DNA of 64,000 bases from Gemmatimonadota bacterium (GCA_034521595.1 JAXHMG010000002.1:64001-128000); one strand, 5' to 3'. Shown: positions 19,391 to 28,745, counted from the first letter of the stretch. Notes: generated by a model from the letters alone, not told the origin. Numbers and translations are program-made.

Positions 19391-20689
19391 TCACCCGGCG
19401 AGCGTGCGCCGGAGCGCGGGCATGCGCGCCGACAAGGTGAGCCCGCGCGTGACGACGTAGACGACGAACGCGATCCACAGGCCCGTGTTCGCCCACTCCG
19501 CCACCAGCAGCCACGACGCGCCGAGGAACACCGCGAGGGAGACGAGGGCCGCGTCCCGCATGTCCCGGGTCCGGGTCGCGCCGATGAAGATGCCGTCGAG
19601 CTGGAACGCGGCGAACGAGACCAGGATGTAGACGGCCGTGTACGGAAGGTATTGGCCCGCCGTGTCGCGCACCGGCTCGTGCGCGCTGAGGAGCGCGATG
19701 AGGGTCGGTCCCCCGAACCAGATCAGCGCCGTCAACACGACCGCGGTTCCACCCGCCAACTCGGTCGCCGCCCGCACCGCCCGGTCGAACGCCGCGCGCG
19801 TGCGCGCTCCGACGGCCCGGCCGACGAGCACCTCGGTCGCGTGCGCGTAGCCGTCCAGGAGGTAGGCGCTCGCGGAGACGAGTTGCAGGAGCACGTGGTT
19901 GGCCGCGAGCAGCGTGTCCCCGAAGCGGGCCCCCTGGCTCGTGAACCACGCGAAGCCGCCGAGGAGCGCGAGCGTCCGCACCATGATGTCCGCGTTCGCG
20001 CCGAGGGTCCGAAGCACCTTGGCGCGGTCCAGCACGCGCGCCCAGGGCCAGAACGGTTCGCCGTCCGCGTGCCGTGAGCGGACCAACCGGTACGCCAGCC
20101 CGAGGGCGAGCACGAGCGTCGTCCACTCGGCGATCGCCGTGCCGAACGCGATGCCGCGCACGCCCCATCCGAGCACGCCGGCGAAGAGGACGTCGAGAAT
20201 GATGTTCAGCCCGTTGAGCGCGATCTGGGTGCCCAGGAGCAGTCGGGTGCGGCCGAGCCCCACGAACGTTCCCAGCAATGCGAACGTGGCCAGGCTGGCC
20301 GGCGCGCCCCAGATGCGCGTGTGGAAGTAGGCTCGCGTGAGGGCCGCGACATCCTCCGTGGAGCCGAGCAGCACGAGGGCCACGTCGATGAGCGGCTTCT
20401 GGAGCGCGAGAAGCACCAGGGCGATGCCGCCGGCCAGGAGGAGGGCCCGGCCGAGCGTCGCCCGCACTTCCACCTCGTCCCCCGCCCCGGACGCCTGCGC
20501 CGTGAAGCCGGTCGTCCCCATGCGCAGGAAGCCGAAGCTCCAGTACGCGAAGTTGAAGATGATCGCGCCGAGGGCGATCGCGCCCAGCCCCTGGACGGTG
20601 CCGGTGTTGCCGATGACCGCCGTGTCGACCAGCCCGAGCAGCGGCACGGCCGAGTTCGCGAGCACGATCGGCCACGCGAGCGCGAGCAC
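19391..20689 (-). CDS. MATE family efflux transporter (DinF-like)
   Basis: LAWPIVLANSAVPLLGLVDTAVIG, FLRMGTTGFTAQA, DGIFIGAT; true start may lie ~60 nt upstream. Confidence 0.92.
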   Translation of the reverse strand: MLALAWPIVLANSAVPLLGLVDTAVIGNTGTVQGLGAIALGAIIFNFAYWSFGFLRMGTTGFTAQASGAGDEVEVRATLGRALLLAGGIALVLLALQKPLIDVALVLLGSTEDVAALTRAYFHTRIWGAPASLATFALLGTFVGLGRTRLLLGTQIALNGLNIILDVLFAGVLGWGVRGIAFGTAIAEWTTLVLALGLAYRLVRSRHADGEPFWPWARVLDRAKVLRTLGANADIMVRTLALLGGFAWFTSQGARFGDTLLAANHVLLQLVSASAYLLDGYAHATEVLVGRAVGARTRAAFDRAVRAATELAGGTAVVLTALIWFGGPTLIALLSAHEPVRDTAGQYLPYTAVYILVSFAAFQLDGIFIGATRTRDMRDAALVSLAVFLGASWLLVAEWANTGLWIAFVVYVVTRGLTLSARMPALRRTLAG

Positions 20690-20742
20690 GTGCCGGCGCG
20701 CGGAGGAGCCGCCGGTCGCTCGATCCGGCGGAGACTCGTGGG

Positions 20743-21333
20743 TCAGCGCCAGCCCTCCAGCACCCCGTAGGAGCGCACGGACAGGCGGCCCGATTCGATC
20801 GGACCGGCGACCCAGACCACCGTCCCGGCCGCACGTCGGAGGTCCCCGGAGACGGCCCGGAGACCGGTCGCCTCACCACTTCCCAACGGCTCCACGCTCC
20901 ACCCGTCCGTTCCCTCGTCACGCAGCACGCCGAGCGTCGCCGGCATGCCGTCCACCTCCACGACCTCGACCTCGGTCACCTCGAGCTCGCCCCCCGGCGT
21001 GAGCCCCGGCCCGCACGCTCTCACGGTCGTGCCCGTCAGGAGCCTCACGTTCCCCGCCATCGTCCCGAGGAGCTCGACCCTCGGGCCGTCCGCCGGATCC
21101 ACCCAGGTCCGCGGGGCGATGTCGACGCCCTCGGAGACGACGACGCCCCGTACGCACTCCCCGGCCTCACGGGCCGCGGTGACCTGCCCATCGGCTCCCT
21201 CGGAGGGGCCGTCCGATCCGGACGACGAAGCGCACCCGGCGGACAGGAGCGCCACGAAGGGAATGGCCGCCGCGCGGCGGCGCCGAGAAAAAGCGAGAGT
21301 CCGTGGTGGGCGAACGCGGAAAGCCTTGCTCAT
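20743..21333 (-). CDS. Hypothetical lipoprotein
   Basis: Lipobox LSAGC; ATG overlaps the stop of the upstream gene. Confidence 0.65.
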   Translation of the reverse strand: MSKAFRVRPPRTLAFSRRRRAAAIPFVALLSAGCASSSGSDGPSEGADGQVTAAREAGECVRGVVVSEGVDIAPRTWVDPADGPRVELLGTMAGNVRLLTGTTVRACGPGLTPGGELEVTEVEVVEVDGMPATLGVLRDEGTDGWSVEPLGSGEATGLRAVSGDLRRAAGTVVWVAGPIESGRLSVRSYGVLEGWR

Positions 21334-23936
21334 TGGATCCTCAACACCCAGAGGACCATCCCTTCCGGGACCGCGCCCTCGTCGGCCGGACTCCGGATCC
21401 GGAGGCTCGTGGGATCGTGGGCATCGGGAGGGGTCCACTCGAGGTAGGCGCTCGACGCGGCCCGGACCTCCACGTCGAGCGTGGGCTCGGCCGCCGTGCT
21501 CGTGTAGGGGCGCAGACGGGCTTCCTCCACGACGCTCTGGAAGACGTTGTGGACGTTCCACGACGGGAGCCAATCGCCCATGCCGGGGCGGTCGTCGGCC
21601 CAGAGGGTGGCGGCGAACTCCACGAGTAGGGATTCGCGGGTCTTACCGGTTACCTCGAGAAGCGCGTCGAGTCCGTTGGCCGTCGGCCGGGTCAGCTCCC
21701 GCATCAGCGCCTCGTCGTCGAGCTTGTCGTCCCCCGTCTGATCCAGCACCCAGCGGAGCAGCATCGACGGCACGCCGTACACCGCGCGTCGGTTCTCGCA
21801 GGGACCGGCGTTGCCCTCGCTCTTCCGGCCGATCCAGGAGCACTGCTCCGGCGCAAACTCCTCGGGTGGTGTATCCCGTCCCTTGAAGCCGAAGTAGAGC
21901 GCCATGTCCACGACCCAGTCGCGGTACCAGCCGGGCTCGGCGTTCTCGGAGTCCGCCCCGTCCCGCCAGTCGGCGGAGTCGAGGTTCATCCGGGGCCCAT
22001 GGTCGAGCACTTCGTAGCCCACGAGCTGCTCGGCCAGGGTCGCGCCACCCTCGAGCTCCCAGGACGTCTTGGGCTTGGGTTCGGGTTCGGGCGTCGTGAA
22101 GAGCGCGGTGAACTGAAGGATGTGCGTCAGCTCGTGCGCGATGAGCGGCGGGTACTGGACGAGCAGGTCCGCCACCTCCACCGTATCCCCGTGGACGCCC
22201 TCGGGATCGGGGGTCCGCCCGTAGAACATCTCCGCCTGGTTGCTGGTGCCGCACTGGTCCTGGCCGACCAGGTCACCGCTGAACACGAAGCCCGCGAAGT
22301 TCTCCTTCTCATTGACCTCCTTCGTGATCAGCACGAGGACGAGATCGTTGTCGTCCACGTCGGCGAACTCGCCGAAGTTGTTTTCCAGCGTCGGCAGCGT
22401 GGTCTGCTCGAGAAGGCCGTCCAGGTTTTGATACTGAGTCCTGGTGAAGCCCGCGGTCGGATTGTCCACGTCTTCGAGGAAGGCCGCGGCGTCGCCCACG
22501 TGACGCACGACGGCCTGGACTTCCGCGCCGGTGTCGCAGCTTTCCGGCACCGTGAAGTCCAGGGTCTCTCCCTCTTCGGGGGGCGCGCGCTGGGGTGCCG
22601 CGGCTCCGCCGGCCGCCGTCGCGAGGCTCGGCGTCCCCGCCCCCAACGACTCCAACCACGCCCGCTCCGCCGCCCGGATGCGGGCTTCACCGCTCCGGTC
22701 CGGACGCGCCTCCGCGAGGCTCGCGAGGGCCGGCGAGCCGCCCGGAGCGGGCGCCCGGCGGACGGACGTCACGGTGGCCCCCGACGTCGTGCCCTCCGGC
22801 GCGCGGAACGACCCCACCGCCTCCGACCCCGTCCCGGAACGAGCAACCGTCGTGGTCGCGCCGTCGTCCTCCGCCACGAGGCGGGACCCGGTCCGTGACG
22901 CGAGACGGGTGGGCGTGAGCGAGCTCGCCACCTCGGAGCTCGAGAGGACGCCCACGAGATACCGCTCGTCGGACGAGCCGGTGTCCAGGTGGAGGCATCC
23001 CTCGGTCGCGTAGCGGCCGTCGCCCACCGCGAGAGCGTGCACCGCCTCCGAGGGCGGCCGGACTTCGGCCGAGACCGAATCGACCATGTCCCGCGCGGCG
23101 ACCCGGAGCCGCCCTTCCCGGGGCGGCCGGCAGTCCGCGTCGGGAACGATCACCCGCAGCTCCACGGACGAGGCCGACGTCACCTCCGCCGCGGTGCCGT
23201 CCAGGGTGACCTCGTTTCCGGCCATCTCCGTGTCGAAGCCCAGTCCGCGGATCGTCGCCGTGTCGCCTTCGATCATCGGCGACGGGCTCACGCTTCCGGC
23301 CACGACCCGGTCGTCGCCCACGAACGCCGCAAGCGCGCCGGCCACCCCGTCCGCCACCACCGAGAGGCTGTCGGCCCCGTCTCCGACGGCCTCGACCAGC
23401 CCCGAGGCCGACACCGTGATCACGGACGTGTCGTTGGACGTCCAGCTCACGGACTCGGTCGGCATGGGGTTGCCGTTCGCATCCACGACCGTCGCGACCA
23501 CGGTGGTCGTGTCCCCGGGGTTCTCGAGCGTCACCGGGTCCGGAAGGAACCGGAGTCGGTCCGCGACCTGCTCGACCGACACGGAGGCGGACGCTCGGGC
23601 CTCGTCGGCCGAAGCCGTCACCGTCGCGCTCCCGTTGCCGATCGAGGTCACCACGCCCGCGCCCGAGACCGAGGCGACGGCCGGGTCCGAGGAGCCCCAG
23701 GTCACGCCCACGCCTTCCATCGGCTCGCCGTTCTGGTCGCGCACGGTAGCGGCAATGGCCGCCGTGTCACCGAGCGCGGAGAAGTCCAGCTCGGACCTCG
23801 AAAGGTCGATCGTGCTCGCGGCAGGCTCTTCGCTCCCGGTCGGGCTGTCCGAGCACGCGGTGATCAACGTGGCCGGCAGGAGCGCGAGCGTGACGATACG
23901 GCCGGTGCGGCACTTCCGATGCAGGTCCATATTCAT
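21330..23936 (-). CDS. Large lipoprotein: Ig-like (Big_2) domains, IPT/TIG, zinc metallopeptidase domain
   Basis: Lipobox ITAC; two WxSSDxxVAxVSxxGxVT-type repeats; IAHELTHILQ followed by WELEGGATLAE (gluzincin-like). Confidence 0.8.
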   Translation of the reverse strand: MNMDLHRKCRTGRIVTLALLPATLITACSDSPTGSEEPAASTIDLSRSELDFSALGDTAAIAATVRDQNGEPMEGVGVTWGSSDPAVASVSGAGVVTSIGNGSATVTASADEARASASVSVEQVADRLRFLPDPVTLENPGDTTTVVATVVDANGNPMPTESVSWTSNDTSVITVSASGLVEAVGDGADSLSVVADGVAGALAAFVGDDRVVAGSVSPSPMIEGDTATIRGLGFDTEMAGNEVTLDGTAAEVTSASSVELRVIVPDADCRPPREGRLRVAARDMVDSVSAEVRPPSEAVHALAVGDGRYATEGCLHLDTGSSDERYLVGVLSSSEVASSLTPTRLASRTGSRLVAEDDGATTTVARSGTGSEAVGSFRAPEGTTSGATVTSVRRAPAPGGSPALASLAEARPDRSGEARIRAAERAWLESLGAGTPSLATAAGGAAAPQRAPPEEGETLDFTVPESCDTGAEVQAVVRHVGDAAAFLEDVDNPTAGFTRTQYQNLDGLLEQTTLPTLENNFGEFADVDDNDLVLVLITKEVNEKENFAGFVFSGDLVGQDQCGTSNQAEMFYGRTPDPEGVHGDTVEVADLLVQYPPLIAHELTHILQFTALFTTPEPEPKPKTSWELEGGATLAEQLVGYEVLDHGPRMNLDSADWRDGADSENAEPGWYRDWVVDMALYFGFKGRDTPPEEFAPEQCSWIGRKSEGNAGPCENRRAVYGVPSMLLRWVLDQTGDDKLDDEALMRELTRPTANGLDALLEVTGKTRESLLVEFAATLWADDRPGMGDWLPSWNVHNVFQSVVEEARLRPYTSTAAEPTLDVEVRAASSAYLEWTPPDAHDPTSLRIRSPADEGAVPEGMVLWVLRIQ

Positions 23937-24018
23937 AACATGCCCCCTGTGGCGCCGACGGGCCAGCGCGGACCCGCACGCCGTGCTCCGCGCGCGACCA
24001 CGTGACGCTCACCCGTCG

Positions 24019-24060
24019 TTGCGCGCGCGGTATGAGTATACCATACTCATATTATGAGTA
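24019..24060 (+). promoter_or_regulatory. Sigma70-type promoter with palindromic operator (TA autoregulation), leaderless start
   Basis: TTGCGC-17-CATACT ending 6 nt before ATG 24054; perfect inverted repeat TATGAGTAT-ACC-ATACTCATA (24031-24051) and a third half-site TATGAGTA (24053-24060). Confidence 0.75.
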
Positions 24061-24476
24061 AGCGCTTGCAGGTCGTCATGGACGACGCGGAGTACGACGA
24101 GATCCAAGACGCGGCCGACGCCGCGCGGCTCACGATATCGGCGTGGGTGCGGCGGTCCTTGCGGGCCCAGCGCGCACGCGCCTCCAACCGACCGGAAGGA
24201 GCCACGGTTCCCGCCGTGGCAGGGCCGGCCCCTTCTCCGGCCCGAGACGGAACCGGACGACCGCCGGACGACGGGCTCGTGCGCGCGGTCATGGAGCGGC
24301 ACGGGATCTCTTCCCCCGCGGAGGCCGTCGACTTCGCGCTCCGGCGTGCGGCCGAGCCGCCGCTGGCGCCGGGAGACCTCCTCGCGCTGCGAGGCACCGG
24401 GTGGTCGGGAGACCTCGAGGCGGTCCGCGCTCACCCGATGCGCGGCACGAAGGGTTCGGCCGGAGCCCGGTCGTGA
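24054..24476 (+). CDS. vapB: Antitoxin: N-terminal RHH domain fused to a VapB-like domain
   Basis: MSKRLQVVMDDAEYDEI..TISAWVRRSL (RHH); DDGLVRAVM..AEAVDFALRR..LLALRGTGWSGDLEAVR (VapB-like); GTGA overlap with PIN gene. Confidence 0.75.
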   Translation: MSKRLQVVMDDAEYDEIQDAADAARLTISAWVRRSLRAQRARASNRPEGATVPAVAGPAPSPARDGTGRPPDDGLVRAVMERHGISSPAEAVDFALRRAAEPPLAPGDLLALRGTGWSGDLEAVRAHPMRGTKGSAGARS

Positions 24477-26182
24477 TCCTCGTCGACACGTCGGCGTGGG
24501 TAGCCTATCTACGGGGAACGGGCTCTGAAGCGGATCACGCCCTCCAGCGACTCCTGTCGGACCGCGCACGGCTGTTCACGACGGACACCGTCATGGTGGA
24601 GCTCCTCGCCGGAGCGGGGGACGAGGAGGCCGCCCGGAGGGTGTCCGGGCTCCTCTTCTCGCTCGAGCGGTGCACGCCCCCAGGGCCGCTGGACCTCGAG
24701 CGAGCGGGGCACCTCTACCGAGCGGAGCGGAAGGGCGACCATGATCCTGTCAGCCTTTCTTCGTGTCTGGTCGCGGCCGTCGCGCTACGGGACGACCTCC
24801 CGGTCCTCGCGGAGGACGACGACTTCGCGACCCTCGCCCGCACCTCCGGCCTCCGGCTGTGGGAAACGGACAGGAGCGCCCCGCGCCAGGCGCCGACCGC
24901 TCCCGCGGCCCGCGCGCCCGACGTAGCGCCCGCTCGGGCACGGTCCACCTCCGCGGAAGCGGTCGTCCTCGTCGTCGAAGACGAGCCGTCGGCAGCACGG
25001 CTGCTCGACGATGCGCTGGCCGATCCGGGGCGCCGGCTGGTGCATGCGGGGTCGGGCCGGGAAGCGCGCGCCCGCATCGCCGAGCGCCCGCCCGGGGCGA
25101 TCGTCCTCGACCTGATCCTCCCCGACGAAGACGGCCGAAACCTTCTGGCCGATCTCCGTCGAGATCCGAGCACGAAGGACGCCGGGGTCGTGATCGTGAC
25201 GGGGAAGGCCGGCCCTCGGACCCGGGAGGAGTGCTTCGCGCTGGGGGCGGACGCGTTCTTCGACAAACCCTTCGACGAACCGAAGCTTTCCCGCGCGGTC
25301 GAGGGCATCCTGGTCGAGGGACGCGCTTCGACGCCCGACCCCGACCCCCTCCTCGCCCCGCTCACCCTCTCGGAAGTGCAGAAGCGGTTGAAGGCCGACC
25401 GGGAAGGCACCCCCGGCCAACGCACCTGGACCGTCGGCCTCCTGGAGATCACGACCGGCGCGGGCGAAGCAGGCTCCGCGACCGAGGACGGCGACGGCCG
25501 GCTCCTCCCCAGCCTGCTCCGAACCGTCATCCAGGCGCTGCTCGCGCGCCTCGAGGAAGGCGAGCTGCTCGCCCGTTGGGGCGTCAACCAACTGGTCGTG
25601 GTGAGCGCCCTGCGGTCCGAAGCCGAGCTCCTCACGCTCGTCCGTGACATGTCGACTCTCCAGGCCGCCGGCGACCACGTGTCGGGCGGGGTGCGGCGTG
25701 TAGGCCACGACGAGGACCTGCTCGATGCCGTGGCCACCATGGCCGCACGGATCGACGACATAGGGACGGACCCGGCCCCGTCCATCGTGCCACTCGACGA
25801 AAAGCCAACCGGCCGGCCACGTGCCGCGCTCGTCGAAGACGACCCCATCACGGCGGGACTGGTGCGTCACCGCCTCGAGCGGAGCGGCTTTCTCGTCGAC
25901 CACTCCACGGACGGGGAGGTAGCACTCGACGCGATCCTGAAGGAGCCGCCGAGCGTGGCCATCCTCGACATCCAGCTTCCCTCCATGGACGGCTTCGAGA
26001 TCCTGCGCCGGATGAAGGAGCACGACACCACGCGCGACGTGCCCGTGCTCATGTTGACCTCGTTGGGTCGCGAGCAGCACGTCCGCCGCGGCTTCGAGCT
26101 GGGCGCGGACGACTACGTCACCAAGCCGTTTTCGCCCAGCGAGCTCCTGACCCGGGTACTCCGGCTGGTGCGCCGGAAATGA
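24473..26182 (+). CDS. Fusion: VapC-like PIN domain - REC - degenerate GGDEF - REC
   Basis: GTG start ILVDTSAWVAYLRG..VELLAG..CLVAAVA..EDDDF; REC1 (VEDE, LDLILP, VTG, DKPF); LLARWGVNQL; REC2 (VEDD, LDIQLPSMDG, LTS, TKPF); single open frame. Confidence 0.85.
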   Translation: MILVDTSAWVAYLRGTGSEADHALQRLLSDRARLFTTDTVMVELLAGAGDEEAARRVSGLLFSLERCTPPGPLDLERAGHLYRAERKGDHDPVSLSSCLVAAVALRDDLPVLAEDDDFATLARTSGLRLWETDRSAPRQAPTAPAARAPDVAPARARSTSAEAVVLVVEDEPSAARLLDDALADPGRRLVHAGSGREARARIAERPPGAIVLDLILPDEDGRNLLADLRRDPSTKDAGVVIVTGKAGPRTREECFALGADAFFDKPFDEPKLSRAVEGILVEGRASTPDPDPLLAPLTLSEVQKRLKADREGTPGQRTWTVGLLEITTGAGEAGSATEDGDGRLLPSLLRTVIQALLARLEEGELLARWGVNQLVVVSALRSEAELLTLVRDMSTLQAAGDHVSGGVRRVGHDEDLLDAVATMAARIDDIGTDPAPSIVPLDEKPTGRPRAALVEDDPITAGLVRHRLERSGFLVDHSTDGEVALDAILKEPPSVAILDIQLPSMDGFEILRRMKEHDTTRDVPVLMLTSLGREQHVRRGFELGADDYVTKPFSPSELLTRVLRLVRRK

Positions 26183-27252
26183 GCCTCCCGACCGACACCA
26201 CCCTGCGGCTCGCCATGGCCGCCGTCGTCCTGCTGTCCGTGTTCACCCTGATCTTCGTCGCCTACGCGTTCTACCTGCACCTGAAGGGGCAGCGACTCGA
26301 GCGACGGCGCAGCCGCCTCGAGGCCGCCTGGAAGAAGCGGCTGCTCGACGCCGCCACGGGAGAGGCGACGCCCGCTCCCGATCCCGACCGGCCGAACGCC
26401 GAAGAGCGAGAGGTTCCGCCCGAAGATCGGGTCCTCTTCCTGGAGCTCGTGACGGATTACGCAAGGGCCCTTCACGGTCCGGAGCGCCGGAACCTGGAAC
26501 AGGTGGCCGCACCCTATCTCGACGCGCTGGACCCGCTGCTCGACGACGCCCACCCCTATCGGCGGGCCCACGGACTCGACATCCTGAGCGAGCTGAGCCT
26601 CGAGGAGGCGCGCGAGCGGATCGTCCGCGGGTTGAGCGACGAATCCGGCCTGGTCGCGATGGTCGCGGCCCGTGCGTTGGCACGGAACGGGGACCCCGAG
26701 CACGTCCCGCTCCTCCTCGCGAGGCTGGAGGCCTTCGAGAACTGGAGCGCCAACTACCTGGCGAGCCTGCTCTCGAGCTTCGGCTCCGCCGCCGTGCCCT
26801 ATTTGCGCGCGCTGGCCATGGACACGTCCGCCACCGGACGCTTCCGTTGCGTCGCGCTCCAGGCCCTGCGGGAGCTGAACGACCTGGAGTCGGTGGAGTC
26901 GGCCGTTCGCCTGCTCCCGGACGAGAACGACGCCGAGGTCCAGTCCGACCTCATCCGCCTGATCGGCCGCCTCGGTCGCCCCGAGCACCTCGACGTGATC
27001 CGGGAACACGCGTCGTCTCCCGTCCCTCACGTCCGAGCCGCGAGCCTCCGGGCCGTGAGCGAGCTGAGCGATCGCCGTACCTCCGACGTCGAGCTGGTCT
27101 CGCGGGGGCTCGACGATCCCTCACCGTGGGTGGCCCTCCAGTCCGCCCACGGGCTGATGAAGCTCGGACGCGCGCACGAGCTCTCCGCCCTGGCCACGTC
27201 CGAGAGTCCGCGCGCGGACCTGGCCGCCGAGGTGCTGGAAGCCCACCGATGA
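26179..27252 (+). CDS. Membrane-anchored HEAT-repeat protein
   Basis: N-terminal TM helix; repeats LSDESGLVAMVAARAL, LDDPSPWVALQSAHGL; ATGA-coupled. Confidence 0.85.
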   Translation: MSLPTDTTLRLAMAAVVLLSVFTLIFVAYAFYLHLKGQRLERRRSRLEAAWKKRLLDAATGEATPAPDPDRPNAEEREVPPEDRVLFLELVTDYARALHGPERRNLEQVAAPYLDALDPLLDDAHPYRRAHGLDILSELSLEEARERIVRGLSDESGLVAMVAARALARNGDPEHVPLLLARLEAFENWSANYLASLLSSFGSAAVPYLRALAMDTSATGRFRCVALQALRELNDLESVESAVRLLPDENDAEVQSDLIRLIGRLGRPEHLDVIREHASSPVPHVRAASLRAVSELSDRRTSDVELVSRGLDDPSPWVALQSAHGLMKLGRAHELSALATSESPRADLAAEVLEAHR

Positions 27253-28739
27253 TCGACACCCTTTTCGATTCGCCGATCGGTCCCTTCATCGGACCCGCGC
27301 TGTGGGGCGCCAACGCGCTCGTCTTCACCTACTTCGTCGTCCTGAACGCGTCGTACCTGACGCTGAGCGTGATCGCGTTCCGTGCGGTCAAGCGGTACGC
27401 CGAGCGCCTGCGGTCCCTGGACGTCAAGGAGACCATCGCGCACGCGGGCGCCCCACCCATCACGCTCATCGCTCCCGCATACAACGAGGAAGCGACCGTC
27501 GTCGAGTCGGTCCGCTCCCTCCTGTCGCTGAACTATCCCGAGTACGAGGTGATCGTCGTCAACGACGGCTCGGGTGACGCCACGGTGGAGCGGATGATCG
27601 AGGCGTTCGACCTCCGCCCGTCCCCGAAGATGTCGACCTTCGACGTGGATACGGCCGAAGTGCGGCGGACCTACCGGAGCCGACGCCACCCCCACCTCTG
27701 GTTGGTCGACAAGGAGAACGGGGGAAAGGCGGACGCCCTCAACGCCGGGCTTTGTTACTGCAGGACCCCGCTCTTCTGCGCGATGGACGCGGACACCCTG
27801 CTCGAGCGCGACGCGCTCATCCGAGTCGTGCGACCCTTCCTCGAGGACGCGCGAACCGTGGCCGCGGGAGGGATCATCCGCATCGCGAACGGCTGCACCA
27901 TCGAAGGGGGCGCCGTGACCGACATCCGGCTCCCGGACAGCCTGGTCGCCCGCCTCCAGGTACTCGAGTATCTGCGCGCCTTCCTCGTCGGGCGCATGGG
28001 CTGGGATACCGTGAAGGGCAACCTCATCATCTCGGGGGCGTTCGGCATCTTCCGGCGTTCCACCGTCATCGCGGCGGGAGGGTTCTCGACGAAGACGGTG
28101 GGCGAGGACATGGAGCTGGTCGTACGGCTCCATCGCTACTGCCTCGATCACGAAATCCCCTACCGTGTCAGCTTCGTACCCGACCCGGTGGCCTGGACGG
28201 AGGCCCCCGAGAGCCTGCGCATCCTGGGGCGGCAACGCGACCGCTGGCAGCGCGGCCTGAGCGAATCGTTGACGATGCACCGAAAGATGCTCCTGCGCAC
28301 GAAGTACGGGAGAATCGGGATGGCGGTCATGCCGCACTTCTACTTTCTGGAGATGTGGGGTCCTCTGGTCGAGGTGATGGGCTACGTGGTCTTCCTGCTC
28401 ACGGTTCTGGCAGGGTGGGCATCGCCGGCGTACGTGTCGGCGTTCCTCATGGTGACCATCGTGCTGGGGATCGCGCTTTCCGTAGCGGCGCTCGCCCTCG
28501 AGGAGCTCGCCTTCCGCCGTTACCCCCGTCCGACCGACCTCCTGCGCCTCTTCGTGCTCGCCGTGACCGAGAACGTCGGGTACCGGCAGATCACCGCGTT
28601 CTGGCGGCTGCGCGGACTCGTGCGATTCCTGCGCAAGACGAAGGGTTGGGGGGTGATGCCCCGCGCGGGCTTCGGCGGAGGGAAGACTCGGGCGGCCGCG
28701 ACCGAGACGGCCGGATCCGAAGCCTCCGAGGAAGGGTAG
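27249..28739 (+). CDS. GT2 processive glycosyltransferase (PgaC/IcaA/CesA-like)
   Basis: PAYNE, VNDGS, GGKADALN, DAD, GEDME, QRDRW; N- and C-terminal TM helices. Confidence 0.93.
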   Translation: MIDTLFDSPIGPFIGPALWGANALVFTYFVVLNASYLTLSVIAFRAVKRYAERLRSLDVKETIAHAGAPPITLIAPAYNEEATVVESVRSLLSLNYPEYEVIVVNDGSGDATVERMIEAFDLRPSPKMSTFDVDTAEVRRTYRSRRHPHLWLVDKENGGKADALNAGLCYCRTPLFCAMDADTLLERDALIRVVRPFLEDARTVAAGGIIRIANGCTIEGGAVTDIRLPDSLVARLQVLEYLRAFLVGRMGWDTVKGNLIISGAFGIFRRSTVIAAGGFSTKTVGEDMELVVRLHRYCLDHEIPYRVSFVPDPVAWTEAPESLRILGRQRDRWQRGLSESLTMHRKMLLRTKYGRIGMAVMPHFYFLEMWGPLVEVMGYVVFLLTVLAGWASPAYVSAFLMVTIVLGIALSVAALALEELAFRRYPRPTDLLRLFVLAVTENVGYRQITAFWRLRGLVRFLRKTKGWGVMPRAGFGGGKTRAAATETAGSEASEEG

Positions 28740-28745
28740 CGGCTC

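Noticed and set aside
24143-24472. N-terminal extension of the 679-aa ORF
   Set aside because: Overlaps the antitoxin in another frame; the PIN domain begins at GTG 24473 with a typical GTGA coupling
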